Shown here: positions 42,247 through 52,173 of the stretch, one piece after another
Position numbering within the stretch: position 1 is the stretch's first letter
How the letters are laid out: each line of letters starts with the position of its first letter
Origin: an uncultured Candidatus Binatia bacterium
GTDB lineage: Bacteria > Desulfobacterota > Binatia > Bin18
DNA: 64,000 bases
NCBI GenBank assembly: GCA_965214605.1
Contig: OZ243961.1
Coordinates: forward strand, 640,001 to 704,000
Direction of reading: 5' to 3'
Made by a program: the position numbers and the translations under genes
Notes under the pieces: model-generated
What the model saw: only the letters and a program-made list of their open reading frames with translations
What the model was told of the DNA's origin: nothing
Databases searched by the model: none

Positions 42247-43011
42247 ATGGCCAGCCGCCGTCCGCTCCTCGTCGGGAACTGGAAAATGCACGGCACAAGG
42301 GCTGAGACCGAGAGTCTGCTGTCAGCCCTCATCAGCGCGCTGAGCGGCGTTGATCCTGCCGAGCGAGAAATTGTCGTGGCCCCGCCGTTTAGCGTCTTGG
42401 AGACGGCGGCTCGCCTGCTGGCCAACACGTCCATCCGTTTGGCCGCCCAGAATCTCCACTGGGCACAGCACGGAGCGTTCACCGGCGAGGTTTCGGGCCC
42501 CATGCTCAAAGAAGTGGGCTGTTCCTACGTCATTCTTGGACATTCTGAGCGCCGTCAGTATTTCGCCGATACCGACGAGAGCGTGTCCCGCAAGGTTGGA
42601 GCGGCCCAGCGGAACGGGCTGCTGCCGATCGTGTGTGTGGGTGAATCCCTCGAAGAACGTGAGAGCGGAGCAACCCTAGCGGTCATCACCCGCCAAATCC
42701 AAGGCGCCCTCTATAATCAAGATCCGACAGGCCTAGTAGACATCATTATTGCCTACGAACCAATCTGGGCAATCGGGACGGGACGCAGCGCGACACCAGA
42801 CCAGGCCCGGGAAGTCCACGCGTCTATACGCACGACCCTGAGGAATCTAACCAACCCGGCCACGGCCGACGCGATCCGCCTACTGTACGGCGGCAGTGTC
42901 AAACCGGACAACGTCGACGCGCTTATGGCCCAAACAGATATAGACGGGGCCCTAGTCGGCGGGGCCAGCCTACAGGCGGACTCCTTTGCCCGGATCGTCA
43001 AGTTCCGCTAG
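42247..43011 (+). CDS. tpiA: Triosephosphate isomerase
   Basis: GNWKM, GHSERR, AYEPIWAIGTG, YGGSV, LVGGASL. Confidence 0.98.
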   Translation: MASRRPLLVGNWKMHGTRAETESLLSALISALSGVDPAEREIVVAPPFSVLETAARLLANTSIRLAAQNLHWAQHGAFTGEVSGPMLKEVGCSYVILGHSERRQYFADTDESVSRKVGAAQRNGLLPIVCVGESLEERESGATLAVITRQIQGALYNQDPTGLVDIIIAYEPIWAIGTGRSATPDQAREVHASIRTTLRNLTNPATADAIRLLYGGSVKPDNVDALMAQTDIDGALVGGASLQADSFARIVKFR

Positions 43012-43021
43012 AATCTACGCT

Positions 43022-43486
43022 ATGTCTTTCACGTTGGTGAGTATTGTTCATATTCTAGCCTGCTTTTTCTTGGTCCTAGTCGTCCTGCTCCAGACTGGTA
43101 AGGGATCAGACGTTGGGGCTGTCTTCGGCGGATCCAGCCAAACCATCTTTGGCAGCTCAGGTGCCGGCAATTTGCTGACCAAAACCACCACCGGTATTGC
43201 TATTCTGTTCATGCTCACCTCCCTCTTCCTGTCCTACGGAGCGACCCGTCGGACAACCGACAGTCTGTTTGATGCGATTTCGACTGAGAGTTCGACCCTC
43301 CAGGAAGAGCTGCCAGCAGACACCCCAGGTGCAGGAGCCGAGTCAACTCCCAGTGCTCAAAGCCCGATGGATCAGTCTGAAACAGCCGCGGCCGATACAG
43401 ACCCGAGCATGACAGATGCAAGCGACGCTGCCCTGCCCTCAGCCTCTTCAGAGGTGGCAGCCGACACACCGCCGGCCACACGCTAG
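43022..43486 (+). CDS. secG: Preprotein translocase subunit SecG with acidic low-complexity tail
   Basis: LVVLLQTGKG...FGG.SQTIFGSSGAGNLLTK.T; follows tpiA. Confidence 0.93.
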   Translation: MSFTLVSIVHILACFFLVLVVLLQTGKGSDVGAVFGGSSQTIFGSSGAGNLLTKTTTGIAILFMLTSLFLSYGATRRTTDSLFDAISTESSTLQEELPADTPGAGAESTPSAQSPMDQSETAAADTDPSMTDASDAALPSASSEVAADTPPATR

Positions 43487-43611
43487 CACAACGGGGCCTT
43501 ATCCGGATGTCGACGCGGGAGAGAAGACCCTCTAGACCCGCCCTTTTTGTCCAGCTAAGATTTGTGCTCATCAGCGGATGCGGCCCGCATCCGTGTTTTT
43601 ATATCGCTCTT

Positions 43612-43695
<84 letters not shown>

Positions 43696-43779
43696 CTCTT
43701 ATCCGACTCCGGCATCTTTTTCTTCTGCCCGTCTTGGTCTTGATTGACTCCTTTCCGAGCTTGTGAGACACAGGACCCT

Positions 43780-46380
43780 ATGGCACACGATCCGACTACA
43801 GCTCCTTCCCCGTCCGACTTCGCTGACCGCCGCTCCCTGTTTCGCCTCGATAACGGCCTGCGGGTCGTCATTCATGAAGATCACTTTGCGCCGGTAGTGG
43901 CAATTCAAGTCTGGGTCAAGGCCGGGAGCGCAGACGAGACACCCGACGTTGCCGGGGCGGCCCATGTGCATGAACACATGATCTTTAAAGGCACCGAGCG
44001 GCGGCCGGTTGGCGCGATTGCGGCCGAGGTCGAATCGTCCGGCGGCATTATCAACGCTTTTACCTCTGCCGACTATACCGTCTATCATCTCGTCTTAGCC
44101 TCGCGCCACTGTCGCACCGGCCTCGATATCCTAGCCGACGCTATGCACAGCTCGAGCTTTGACCCCCATGAGCTAGAAAAAGAGCTCCAGGTGGTGATGG
44201 AAGAGTGGAAACGCAGCGAAGATTCCCCAACCTCACGTGCAACAACAGAGCTGTTTCGCCTAGCCTATACCTGCCATCCCTATGGCCGCCCGGTGATCGG
44301 CTTTCGAGAAACCGTTGAGTCCCTCAACCACGAACGCGTCGTCAACTTCTATCTCCGCTGGTATCACCCCAATAATATGACCCTCGTCGTTGTTGGAGAC
44401 GTTGACCGTCGAGTGGTTGAACGTGAGGTACATGAGCTGTTTGCCCATCACCCGCGCACCCCCCTTCCGGCACGGCCCCGTGTGGCCGAACCACCCCAGC
44501 GCGAGATTCGCCTGTCTGGCCTCGCCATGAACGTTGAGGAATCCTACTTATATCTGGGTTTCCCCATTCCTGAGGCTGTCCACACCGATATTTTTGCTCT
44601 AGACCTCTTGGGCTTTATTCTGGGCGGTGGCGAGAGTTCACGTCTGGTACAAACCGTTCAGGTCGAAAAAGAACTGGTCAATTGGATCTCGGCCAGCGCC
44701 TATAGCCCGGCCGATCCAGGTCTGTTTATTATCGCCGCTGCCCTAGAGCAGGACAAAGTTCGGTCCGCGCTGCAAGACATGCTGAGGGCGATTGCCGACT
44801 GTCAAGATCGGCTAGTCTCCACCCATGAACTCGCCCGGGCCCGAACAAATTTGGCGAGCGACTTTACCTATCGGCGTGAAACCGTCCAGGGCCAGGCTCG
44901 CCAGCTGGGCTACTTTCTGAGTGTATTCGATGATCCAGACTACGAAGACCGCTATCTAGCAGGGCTAGCCGCAGTCACCCGGCAAGATATTCTGCGCGTG
45001 GCTCAGCGCTATCTCACTACTGAGAGCCTGTCTCTCGTGTTGCTTGGAGCGGAAGCCCAGTCGAGCTTACCAACAGCAGCTGACATTCGCGCCTGGAGAG
45101 AAACAGGACGGCCGACATCAGCCCAAGCCCCAACGGTTTTAGCCGCCAAGAACGGCCAGGTCTCGTATACCGAGCTGGACAACGGCATTCGCCTGCTGGT
45201 TAAAGAACATCACAACGTCCCCGTCGTGTCGCTCCAGGCATGCATGCTGGGCGGGGTGCTGTTTGAAAATGACCGCAACGCCGGGGTGAATACCCTCATC
45301 GCCGGACTGCTGACCCGTGGCAGCGAACACTTCTCACGTCTTGAGCTGACGGAAGCTGTCGAATCGCTGGCCGGTAGTCTCAACGGGTTTTCGGGCCGCA
45401 ACAGTCTCGGCCTGAGTGGCTCGTTTCTGTCGAGCCAGGCGACGGCAGGGTTGGAACTTTTTCTCGACGCCTTACTCCACCCGATTTTCCCGGCCAACGA
45501 GGTCGGAAAGCGACGGCGCGAAATCCTGCTGGCTCTCAAGAACCGCGAAGACGAGTTGGCGCAGATCGCCCTTGACCTGTTCTACGCAACTATCTTTACC
45601 GCCCACCCGTACCGCTTGCTACCGCTGGGCCGGGTCGAGAGCGTGCAATCTCTGCAACAAGAGCAGCTGGCCAGCTATTACCACACCATACTCAATCCCC
45701 GCAATCTCGTGGTTAGCGCTGTCGGCGATGTTGATACCGACGAGTTGATCGCCTTCCTGCGGTCCAGCCTTGAAGCCGTGCCAGCCGTTTCAAGCAAGCT
45801 GTCCCTGCCCCCCCTTGAGCCGCGCCCAACAAGTCCGCGTCGCCAGACAAAGGCGGTCGATAAGCAACAGGCACATATCGTCTTTGGCTATCAGGGCGTG
45901 TCTCTGGACAACACAGATCGCTATGTCTTCAAAATCATCGACGCGCTACTCTCCAGACAGGGCGGCCGCCTGTTTTACGAGCTGCGTGAAAAACTTGCCC
46001 TGGCCTATTCCGTTACCGCGTTCAGCGTCGAGGGCCTGGCCCCAGGCGCGTTTGGTATCTATATCGGCACCGATCCCAATAAGGTCGACGAAGCCGTCGA
46101 GGCAGCGCGATACGAACTGCGGCGGCTGTGCCAGCAACCGGTCAACGCCGACGAACTCGAACAGGCCAAGAAGTACCTGACCGGCAGTTATGAAATTTCC
46201 CTGCAGTCCAACGGTTCTCAAGCTGAAGAGATGGCGTTTAATGAGCTCTACGGATTGGGCTATAACAACGGACGGCGCTATCTCGCGGCGCTAGACGCTG
46301 TGACTGAGGAAGACGTACAGCGGGTGGCCCAAACCTATTTTGACGAGTACACAGAGACCTTGGTCGTGGTGGGTAAATAG
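43780..46380 (+). CDS. M16 (pitrilysin/PqqL-like) zinc protease, two-half single chain
   Basis: LDNGL, HVHEHMIFKG (HxxEH), NAFTS, HPY; second half lacks HxxEH. Confidence 0.93.
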   Translation: MAHDPTTAPSPSDFADRRSLFRLDNGLRVVIHEDHFAPVVAIQVWVKAGSADETPDVAGAAHVHEHMIFKGTERRPVGAIAAEVESSGGIINAFTSADYTVYHLVLASRHCRTGLDILADAMHSSSFDPHELEKELQVVMEEWKRSEDSPTSRATTELFRLAYTCHPYGRPVIGFRETVESLNHERVVNFYLRWYHPNNMTLVVVGDVDRRVVEREVHELFAHHPRTPLPARPRVAEPPQREIRLSGLAMNVEESYLYLGFPIPEAVHTDIFALDLLGFILGGGESSRLVQTVQVEKELVNWISASAYSPADPGLFIIAAALEQDKVRSALQDMLRAIADCQDRLVSTHELARARTNLASDFTYRRETVQGQARQLGYFLSVFDDPDYEDRYLAGLAAVTRQDILRVAQRYLTTESLSLVLLGAEAQSSLPTAADIRAWRETGRPTSAQAPTVLAAKNGQVSYTELDNGIRLLVKEHHNVPVVSLQACMLGGVLFENDRNAGVNTLIAGLLTRGSEHFSRLELTEAVESLAGSLNGFSGRNSLGLSGSFLSSQATAGLELFLDALLHPIFPANEVGKRRREILLALKNREDELAQIALDLFYATIFTAHPYRLLPLGRVESVQSLQQEQLASYYHTILNPRNLVVSAVGDVDTDELIAFLRSSLEAVPAVSSKLSLPPLEPRPTSPRRQTKAVDKQQAHIVFGYQGVSLDNTDRYVFKIIDALLSRQGGRLFYELREKLALAYSVTAFSVEGLAPGAFGIYIGTDPNKVDEAVEAARYELRRLCQQPVNADELEQAKKYLTGSYEISLQSNGSQAEEMAFNELYGLGYNNGRRYLAALDAVTEEDVQRVAQTYFDEYTETLVVVGK

Positions 46381-46410
46381 GACCGAGGAAGTCCAGACTG
46401 GAGAGGTGGC

Positions 46411-47307
46411 GTGGAGCGTTGGCTATGCCTGTCTGTCACGGTTCCGCACGAGGCGGTCGAGGCGGTGTCAAATTTTCTGCTCGAACAAGGATCACTAGGT
46501 ATTATCGAGGACGAGCGTGATCCGGCCGCCCCTGAGGCTCCGACAACGACTGTCCAAGCGTTCTTTACAGCTGACAGCCCAGGCCCCGCCCTCTGCTCGG
46601 TGCTGAGCCGCTATTTGAATCAGCTCTCGGAACTCTTCCTCCAACTTGACCTCTCCCATCGGGTGCGGCTCAGCGAGGTCAGCAGTCAGGCCTGGCAAAA
46701 CCGGTGGCGTGAACACTTTCGGCCGCTTGAGGTTGGCTCGCGCTTTCTGGTTATGCCGCCCTGGGAGCCGGCTCCAGTTCAAACCCAGCGCTCCTGTCTT
46801 GTCATCAATCCGGGCATGGCTTTCGGCACTGGCCACCACGCCACGACTCGGAGCTGTTTGGCAGCGATTGAAGCGCTGTGTCTAGCCCACGGCACACCAA
46901 GCCGGGCACTAGATGTCGGAACCGGCTCGGGGATTCTTAGCATTGCGTTGGCCCGACTCGACTGCCGTGAGATATGGGCCATAGATACCGACCCGGTTGC
47001 CCTGACCGAGGCGCGCAAAAATCTCGCCGCCAACCGTGTCAGCGCGGCTGTTCGGCTGAGCGGACAGACGCTTGAGTCGCTGCCAGTACCGTTTCCGCTC
47101 ATCGTTGCCAATCTGTTTGCCCATACCCTTATTGAGCTGGCCGCTTCACTGACTCAGGCCACAACGCAGAGTGGCCACCTCATTCTGTCGGGCATCGAGT
47201 CTGAGCAAGCCGCCGATGTGGAGGCGGCATTTTCGGCTCCGATGTGGCGTGGGCAGGCCCGTGTCGTGGATGACGAATGGGTTACCTTGGTCCGCCAACG
47301 ACTGTAA
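46411..47307 (+). CDS. prmA: Ribosomal protein L11 methyltransferase
   Basis: INPGMAFGTGHHATT, LDVGTGSGILS, LILSGI. Confidence 0.95.
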   Translation: MERWLCLSVTVPHEAVEAVSNFLLEQGSLGIIEDERDPAAPEAPTTTVQAFFTADSPGPALCSVLSRYLNQLSELFLQLDLSHRVRLSEVSSQAWQNRWREHFRPLEVGSRFLVMPPWEPAPVQTQRSCLVINPGMAFGTGHHATTRSCLAAIEALCLAHGTPSRALDVGTGSGILSIALARLDCREIWAIDTDPVALTEARKNLAANRVSAAVRLSGQTLESLPVPFPLIVANLFAHTLIELAASLTQATTQSGHLILSGIESEQAADVEAAFSAPMWRGQARVVDDEWVTLVRQRL

Positions 47308-47320
47308 CAGCCTTCGGACG

Positions 47321-48046
47321 ATGAGACGGTTTTTCATTCGCTCCTCTGCAATACACGCCTCCCGGGCTGTTCTGAGCGGACCGGAATACCATCACCTCCG
47401 CCATGTTCTTCGCCTCCAGATCGGCGACCAGCTCGCCCTACGTGATGAACGAGCCACCGAATATCGGGGAATAATCAGCCACTTCTCTTCTCAGAAAGCC
47501 ACTATTACCATCCAGTCTGTGGTTGGTACGTCGCCCTCCTCTTTCACCCTCACCCTGGCGTTGGGATTGCTCAAGAGCCCCAAGATGGACCTGGTGATTG
47601 AGAAAGTCACCGAACTCGGCGTGCAGACCATCATGCCCTTCTTTTCCACCAATACAGTCGTCAACTTGCCCCAAGAGCGCCTGGCCCAGCGCCTGGCCCG
47701 TTGGCATCGTGTTGCCCAAAGCGCGGCCAAGCAGTCCGGTATCCGCCTGCCTCATATCACGGCACCCTACTCTTTCGCCCAGCTCCTCGCCACGGTTCCC
47801 GCCCCAGAGCCCACGCTCCTGTTCTATGAACACGAGCAAGTCCTCAGCCTCAGAGCATTTGCCGCTACGCACCGAGTGCTGTCCAGCCTGTGTATTGTGA
47901 TCGGGTCTGAGGGCGGTTTCACCCCTCAGGAGGTCAGCCAGGCCCAAGCCGCCGGCTTCACGGTCGCCAGCCTTGGTCCGTCGATCCTCCGCGCCGAAAC
48001 GGCTGGCATTGCGGCCGTCAGCCTGTGTCAGTATCTGTGGCGGTAA
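47321..48046 (+). CDS. rsmE: 16S rRNA m3U1498 methyltransferase
   Basis: HHLRHVLRL, EK.TELGV, IGSEGGF, LG.SILRAETA. Confidence 0.95.
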   Translation: MRRFFIRSSAIHASRAVLSGPEYHHLRHVLRLQIGDQLALRDERATEYRGIISHFSSQKATITIQSVVGTSPSSFTLTLALGLLKSPKMDLVIEKVTELGVQTIMPFFSTNTVVNLPQERLAQRLARWHRVAQSAAKQSGIRLPHITAPYSFAQLLATVPAPEPTLLFYEHEQVLSLRAFAATHRVLSSLCIVIGSEGGFTPQEVSQAQAAGFTVASLGPSILRAETAGIAAVSLCQYLWR

Positions 48047-48141
48047 GTCGCCCGACTCGGTAAGCGGAGCCCTCTTGCCTTTCCTGGGCCGAATGCCTAG
48101 CATGCCGCTTCCAGCGTATAACAGCATGGGAGCACTGCTCT

Positions 48142-49110
48142 ATGGAACGCCTGCGTTTTGCCTTCGTTATGGACCCCATCCAAGACGTTCTGATCGACAA
48201 AGACACGACCTTTGTCTTTATGCTCGAAGCCCAGAAGCGAGGTTACGAGCTTGCTTATATCGAAATGGACGATCTTTTCATTGAGCGGACCACACCAATG
48301 GCCCGCACCCGGCGGATCGAACTGCGGCGTGAACAGGGGAACCACTTTACCTTTCTTGGCCAGGCAGTCGAACCGCTGGGGGGGTTTGACGCGATTTTTA
48401 TGCGTAAAGACCCACCGTTTGATATTGCCTATCTTCACGCCACTCAGCTGCTCGATCTGGCCCAAGCTGCCGGCGCCGTGGTACTCAACAATCCAAGCGG
48501 TTTGCGCGCTGCCAACGAAAAACTCTTTGCTCTCAACTTCTCCTCCGTCATTCCCGCAACGCTAGTGTCTCAGGACGCCGAGCGTCTCAAAGCCTTTCTC
48601 AAAGAACTCGGTGGAGAGATGATTATTAAGCCCGTTGACGGACACGGTGGCGCGGGCGTTTTCTACGTGCAGCAGGAGGACCGGAACCTAAACTCCATCC
48701 TGGAAACAGCGACCAACGAGGGGCGTGCACCGATTATCGCCCAGCAGTATCTTCCAGCCGTACGGCAGGGCGATAAACGTCTCATTGTGCTCAACGGTGA
48801 GCCGTTGGGCTGCACTCTACGGGTTCCACGCGCCGACGAACACCGGGGCAACATACATGTGGGCGGTACCTGCATCAAAGCGAACATCACACCGCGCGAT
48901 CGAGATATTTGCGCCCTCGTCGGGCCGCGCTTATGTCGGGAAGGGCTCTATTTTGTCGGCCTTGACATCATTGGCGAGTATCTGACCGAGGTCAATGTGA
49001 CGAGTCCGACCGGTGTGCAAGAGATCGACCGGCTTGATCGGGTCTGTCTCGAAGCCAAGGTCATTGACTTTGCCGAACAGAAGGTTGCAGAGCGTCAACA
49101 GCGGACCTAA
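48142..49110 (+). CDS. gshB: Glutathione synthetase
   Basis: VMDPI, KDTT, MRKDPPFD, ANEKL, GDKR, EVNVTSPTG. Confidence 0.95.
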   Translation: MERLRFAFVMDPIQDVLIDKDTTFVFMLEAQKRGYELAYIEMDDLFIERTTPMARTRRIELRREQGNHFTFLGQAVEPLGGFDAIFMRKDPPFDIAYLHATQLLDLAQAAGAVVLNNPSGLRAANEKLFALNFSSVIPATLVSQDAERLKAFLKELGGEMIIKPVDGHGGAGVFYVQQEDRNLNSILETATNEGRAPIIAQQYLPAVRQGDKRLIVLNGEPLGCTLRVPRADEHRGNIHVGGTCIKANITPRDRDICALVGPRLCREGLYFVGLDIIGEYLTEVNVTSPTGVQEIDRLDRVCLEAKVIDFAEQKVAERQQRT

Positions 49111-49117
49111 GGCACCC

Positions 49118-49146
49118 TTGACTCGGTCGGTCGCATTCAGTACAAA
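49118..49146 (+). promoter_or_regulatory. Putative sigma70 promoter of tRNA-Phe
   Basis: TTGACT-N17-TACAAA. Confidence 0.5.
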
Positions 49147-49202
49147 ACGCGAGGTGCGTGTAAGACAGGTTTCGCCTAGTGCGCTCCAGTGACCCTGAAC
49201 AT

Positions 49203-49275
<73 letters not shown>

Positions 49276-49292
49276 CACCCCTCCCCCGATCC

Positions 49293-50429
49293 TCAAGGCA
49301 GGCGATAGAGCTGCCCCACTGTCCCGCCCAACACAAGGTGCTGTTCTTGTAGCGAAAGGGATGCAATCGCCTCTCTCGTCTCGGTCAGGGCCTCAAGACT
49401 GCCGTCCCAGTGGGGGAAATCCGAGGCCCACATGAACTTCTCCGCCCCATGCTTCTGCACGATATAGGGGATTGTGCTCTCGTCCGGGTCAAACGAGATC
49501 CAGCACTGCCGGGCGAAATATTCGCTGGGCAGCTGTTTGAGGTCGGTCTTGTAGCCGATCTTTTTGAATTTTGAGTCCCAGCGGTCGAGGGCGTGCGGCA
49601 GCCAACCAGCCCCGCATTCCAGCAGATTGACCCTGAGCTGCGGAAAGCGGTCGAAGACCGCGCCCTGAAACAGGGCAGCAAAGGCTGCCTGCACATCGGC
49701 GACCAAGGGCACGCACTGATAGTACAGAAAGGACTCGTCCATAAAGTCTGTATTTTGGGCCGGGATCCATTGGTGACCGAGAAAGTCTTTATGGACGGCG
49801 ACATGGAACCCGATCGGCAGATCATGGTCCTGCAGAGCTGCCCAAAATGGGTCATAGGCCCGATTCCAGAAGGCCAGCTTATTGGCCGGGGCGGCGCACA
49901 CAAACACCCCTTTAGCCCCCAGGCTAGCCACCCGCTTGACCTCTTTGACCGCTTCGGCGATGTCCAGCAGGACAATATGAGCGATTGGGATCAGGCGCTT
50001 CGGGTCGGCTGAGCAAAAGTCGAGAATCCAGTTGTTGTAGGTCCGGCAGTAGGCCGCAGCCAACCTGGCGTCTTTGACCCCAGGCTCCCATATCAGACCC
50101 AGCGTTGGAAACAGCACCGACACATCAATGCCTTCGTCGTCCATCACGCGCAGCCGAGCCCCGGCTTCATACGCCCCTCGGGGGCCGTCTAGATAGCCAA
50201 ACTGCCCCGGGACAAAAATATCCTCAAAGGACCGGCCTATTCCCGCAGCAGTTGGGCCAATACCGCGGGTGATAAACAGCGGCTTGTCCTCAACTACGAG
50301 GAACTCCACCCCAGCCTCGTCTTTTTCCATGCGGATGGCCTGGCTTTTATACTTGGCTTCCAGATGATTCTGCCACAGGTCGGGTGGCTCAAGAATGTGT
50401 CCGTCGGCATCAATCACTCTCGCCTGCAT
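49293..50429 (-). CDS. Amidohydrolase family 2 protein
   Basis: IDADGHILEP, MDDEGID..VLFPT, FH, LECGAGW, WASDFPHWD; AAGGAGG RBS. Confidence 0.92.
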   Translation of the reverse strand: MQARVIDADGHILEPPDLWQNHLEAKYKSQAIRMEKDEAGVEFLVVEDKPLFITRGIGPTAAGIGRSFEDIFVPGQFGYLDGPRGAYEAGARLRVMDDEGIDVSVLFPTLGLIWEPGVKDARLAAAYCRTYNNWILDFCSADPKRLIPIAHIVLLDIAEAVKEVKRVASLGAKGVFVCAAPANKLAFWNRAYDPFWAALQDHDLPIGFHVAVHKDFLGHQWIPAQNTDFMDESFLYYQCVPLVADVQAAFAALFQGAVFDRFPQLRVNLLECGAGWLPHALDRWDSKFKKIGYKTDLKQLPSEYFARQCWISFDPDESTIPYIVQKHGAEKFMWASDFPHWDGSLEALTETREAIASLSLQEQHLVLGGTVGQLYRLP

Positions 50430-50610
50430 CGTATTCCTCCTTAACTCTCCCTATCTTTTTCGGGACGAACGGCGCTGCACCACGGCCACCGCAGCTGTAT
50501 AAACAGGGTCCACCATAGGAAGAACCTTCCTCAGCGTCAAATAGAGCAGGCGTTTCGCAGTTGCTTGACCTAGTCTAATGTGCATGCCGGGCGTGCCCAC
50601 TCTCGTCACA

Positions 50611-50883
50611 TCAAACAGCTCGACAGGGACGGTGTGGGACTAAGGGGCTGGCTTCTCCCGGACTCTTGTGAGATCGGGACGAGCACCACCACCCTATAGG
50701 GCCTGTTGTGATCTCGTCTGGGTAGCCAAGAAAAACCTGACAGTAGAAAAACTTGGTCTGCTCATCTATGGCACCCACCCAACCAACCGCGAGCTCCCCC
50801 TCCACATCCCGGATGATCCGGCACAATACTGGTCTTGTGCGTCCAGAAGCATAGTTACTTGCCGAAGAGCTAGACGTCTCCAT
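50611..50883 (-). CDS. Hypothetical small protein (90 aa)
   Basis: AGGGA RBS-like sequence before ATG 50883; no recognisable motif. Confidence 0.3.
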   Translation of the reverse strand: METSSSSASNYASGRTRPVLCRIIRDVEGELAVGWVGAIDEQTKFFYCQVFLGYPDEITTGPIGWWCSSRSHKSPGEASPLVPHRPCRAV

Positions 50884-51654
50884 ATGTGTTTCCCTACGCG
50901 CCAAGAAATGCGCCCCGCGAAGGCCAGCAGCCGCTCGTCGAGGGCGAAGTATCCCCCTCCCCTTTGTGCTTATCCCTGGCCGATCTCAAACCGCTGCCCT
51001 CAACGACTTTGCAAGCTGTTTTCAAATGCGGCGGCAACAACTGGGCTCCTGTTTGCCCCAACAGTCGGGAGGTGCGCTCTAGAAACGAGGAGCTGTCAGT
51101 TGTAGCGAGTTGACTGGAGTTCGCCTGTGTGACACTGCAAAAGACCACACTGAAATCAAGCGCGGTCTACACTATCCACTTCCGGCGAAGACGAGCCGCT
51201 CGGCAAAGCCGCCCCCTTCTCCCAGGGACGGCCCATCGACAAAGCCGTGCAGAAAGATAGACTCATTGACTGCCAGATGAATGGCCAAGATCTGCCAATC
51301 CGCAACGACTCTCCCGTTCGTCCCCTTAATAGGTCAGGATGGATCAAGTCGGATTGGTAGTTGCTCTCAGAAATGACTCAGCCAGATTTGGTGGGGCCGC
51401 AAGACCGTGCATGACTCCCGCATATGGGCGGCTACTCCGAGCGCATTCCGGCTTACCTAACTGCAGAGGTTGCGCCTGAGCAGGGGAAGACACCGTCTCG
51501 TTGGCCTTCACTGACAAGAAGCACGCTTGCAGCCACTAGCTTGTGTTCACAGAGACTGTTATGAAATCTGGGCTCGGGCATTTGAGAATAGGGGAAATGC
51601 ACGGCCTTTCGACTAGCTGTGGAATCCCGAGGAAGCCCTAGAGCATGTCATCCA

Positions 51655-52083
51655 TCACCTACCGAATTTAAATTTCAGCCTGACACGGGAGCGGCTCCAG
51701 ACCACGTAGCCCCAGCCGCCCAGTGTTCCACCGAGGGTATCGGCAATCACGTCTCTGATATCAGCCGTGCGCGCGGGCACGTATACCTGGTTCCACTCAT
51801 CGCTTAGTCCACACAGCATGGTAAAGACCATGGCCGATGCAACAACATTCGTCCCGGCCTGCTTTGTGGGCCAGGAATACCACACGGCCCGCACCCACAG
51901 CCAACCCAGACCGCCATACAGGACGCTGTGGACGCCTAGATCTACGGAGGGGACTGTCTGAGGGACGCTAAGTGATTGCCCAGAGAGGAAAAAAATAAAC
52001 CAGTAATAGCCGAGCACAGCTCCCCAGGGCATCAACCAGTGAGATCTTTTATCTTCTATCCTATTTGCGTTTGATTGGGCCAT
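51655..52083 (-). CDS. VanZ-family membrane protein
   Basis: IFFLS, D..VH..LYG.LG, GLSDEW.Q.YVP.RTAD..D..ADTLG. Confidence 0.85.
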   Translation of the reverse strand: MAQSNANRIEDKRSHWLMPWGAVLGYYWFIFFLSGQSLSVPQTVPSVDLGVHSVLYGGLGWLWVRAVWYSWPTKQAGTNVVASAMVFTMLCGLSDEWNQVYVPARTADIRDVIADTLGGTLGGWGYVVWSRSRVRLKFKFGR

Positions 52084-52173
52084 CTATCGTCATCATCCCC
52101 TCTGTCGCGCCCGCTCGTCGGCCCTAACCGCGCCCCTAGCCCTAATCAGGGCAATTGGCAACGACCGAGCAGT

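Noticed and set aside
46384-46400. RNase P-like GAGGAAGTCC
   Set aside because: It differs from GAGGAAAGTCC and lies in a 30-bp intergenic gap, too short for rnpB.
51200-51290. c-di-GMP-I riboswitch-like GGCAAA...ACAAAGCC
   Set aside because: Lacks the GAAA tetraloop, the GACGCAAA junction and the receptor stem, and has no co-oriented downstream gene. The GGGCAAAGCC at ~54034 fails for similar structural reasons.
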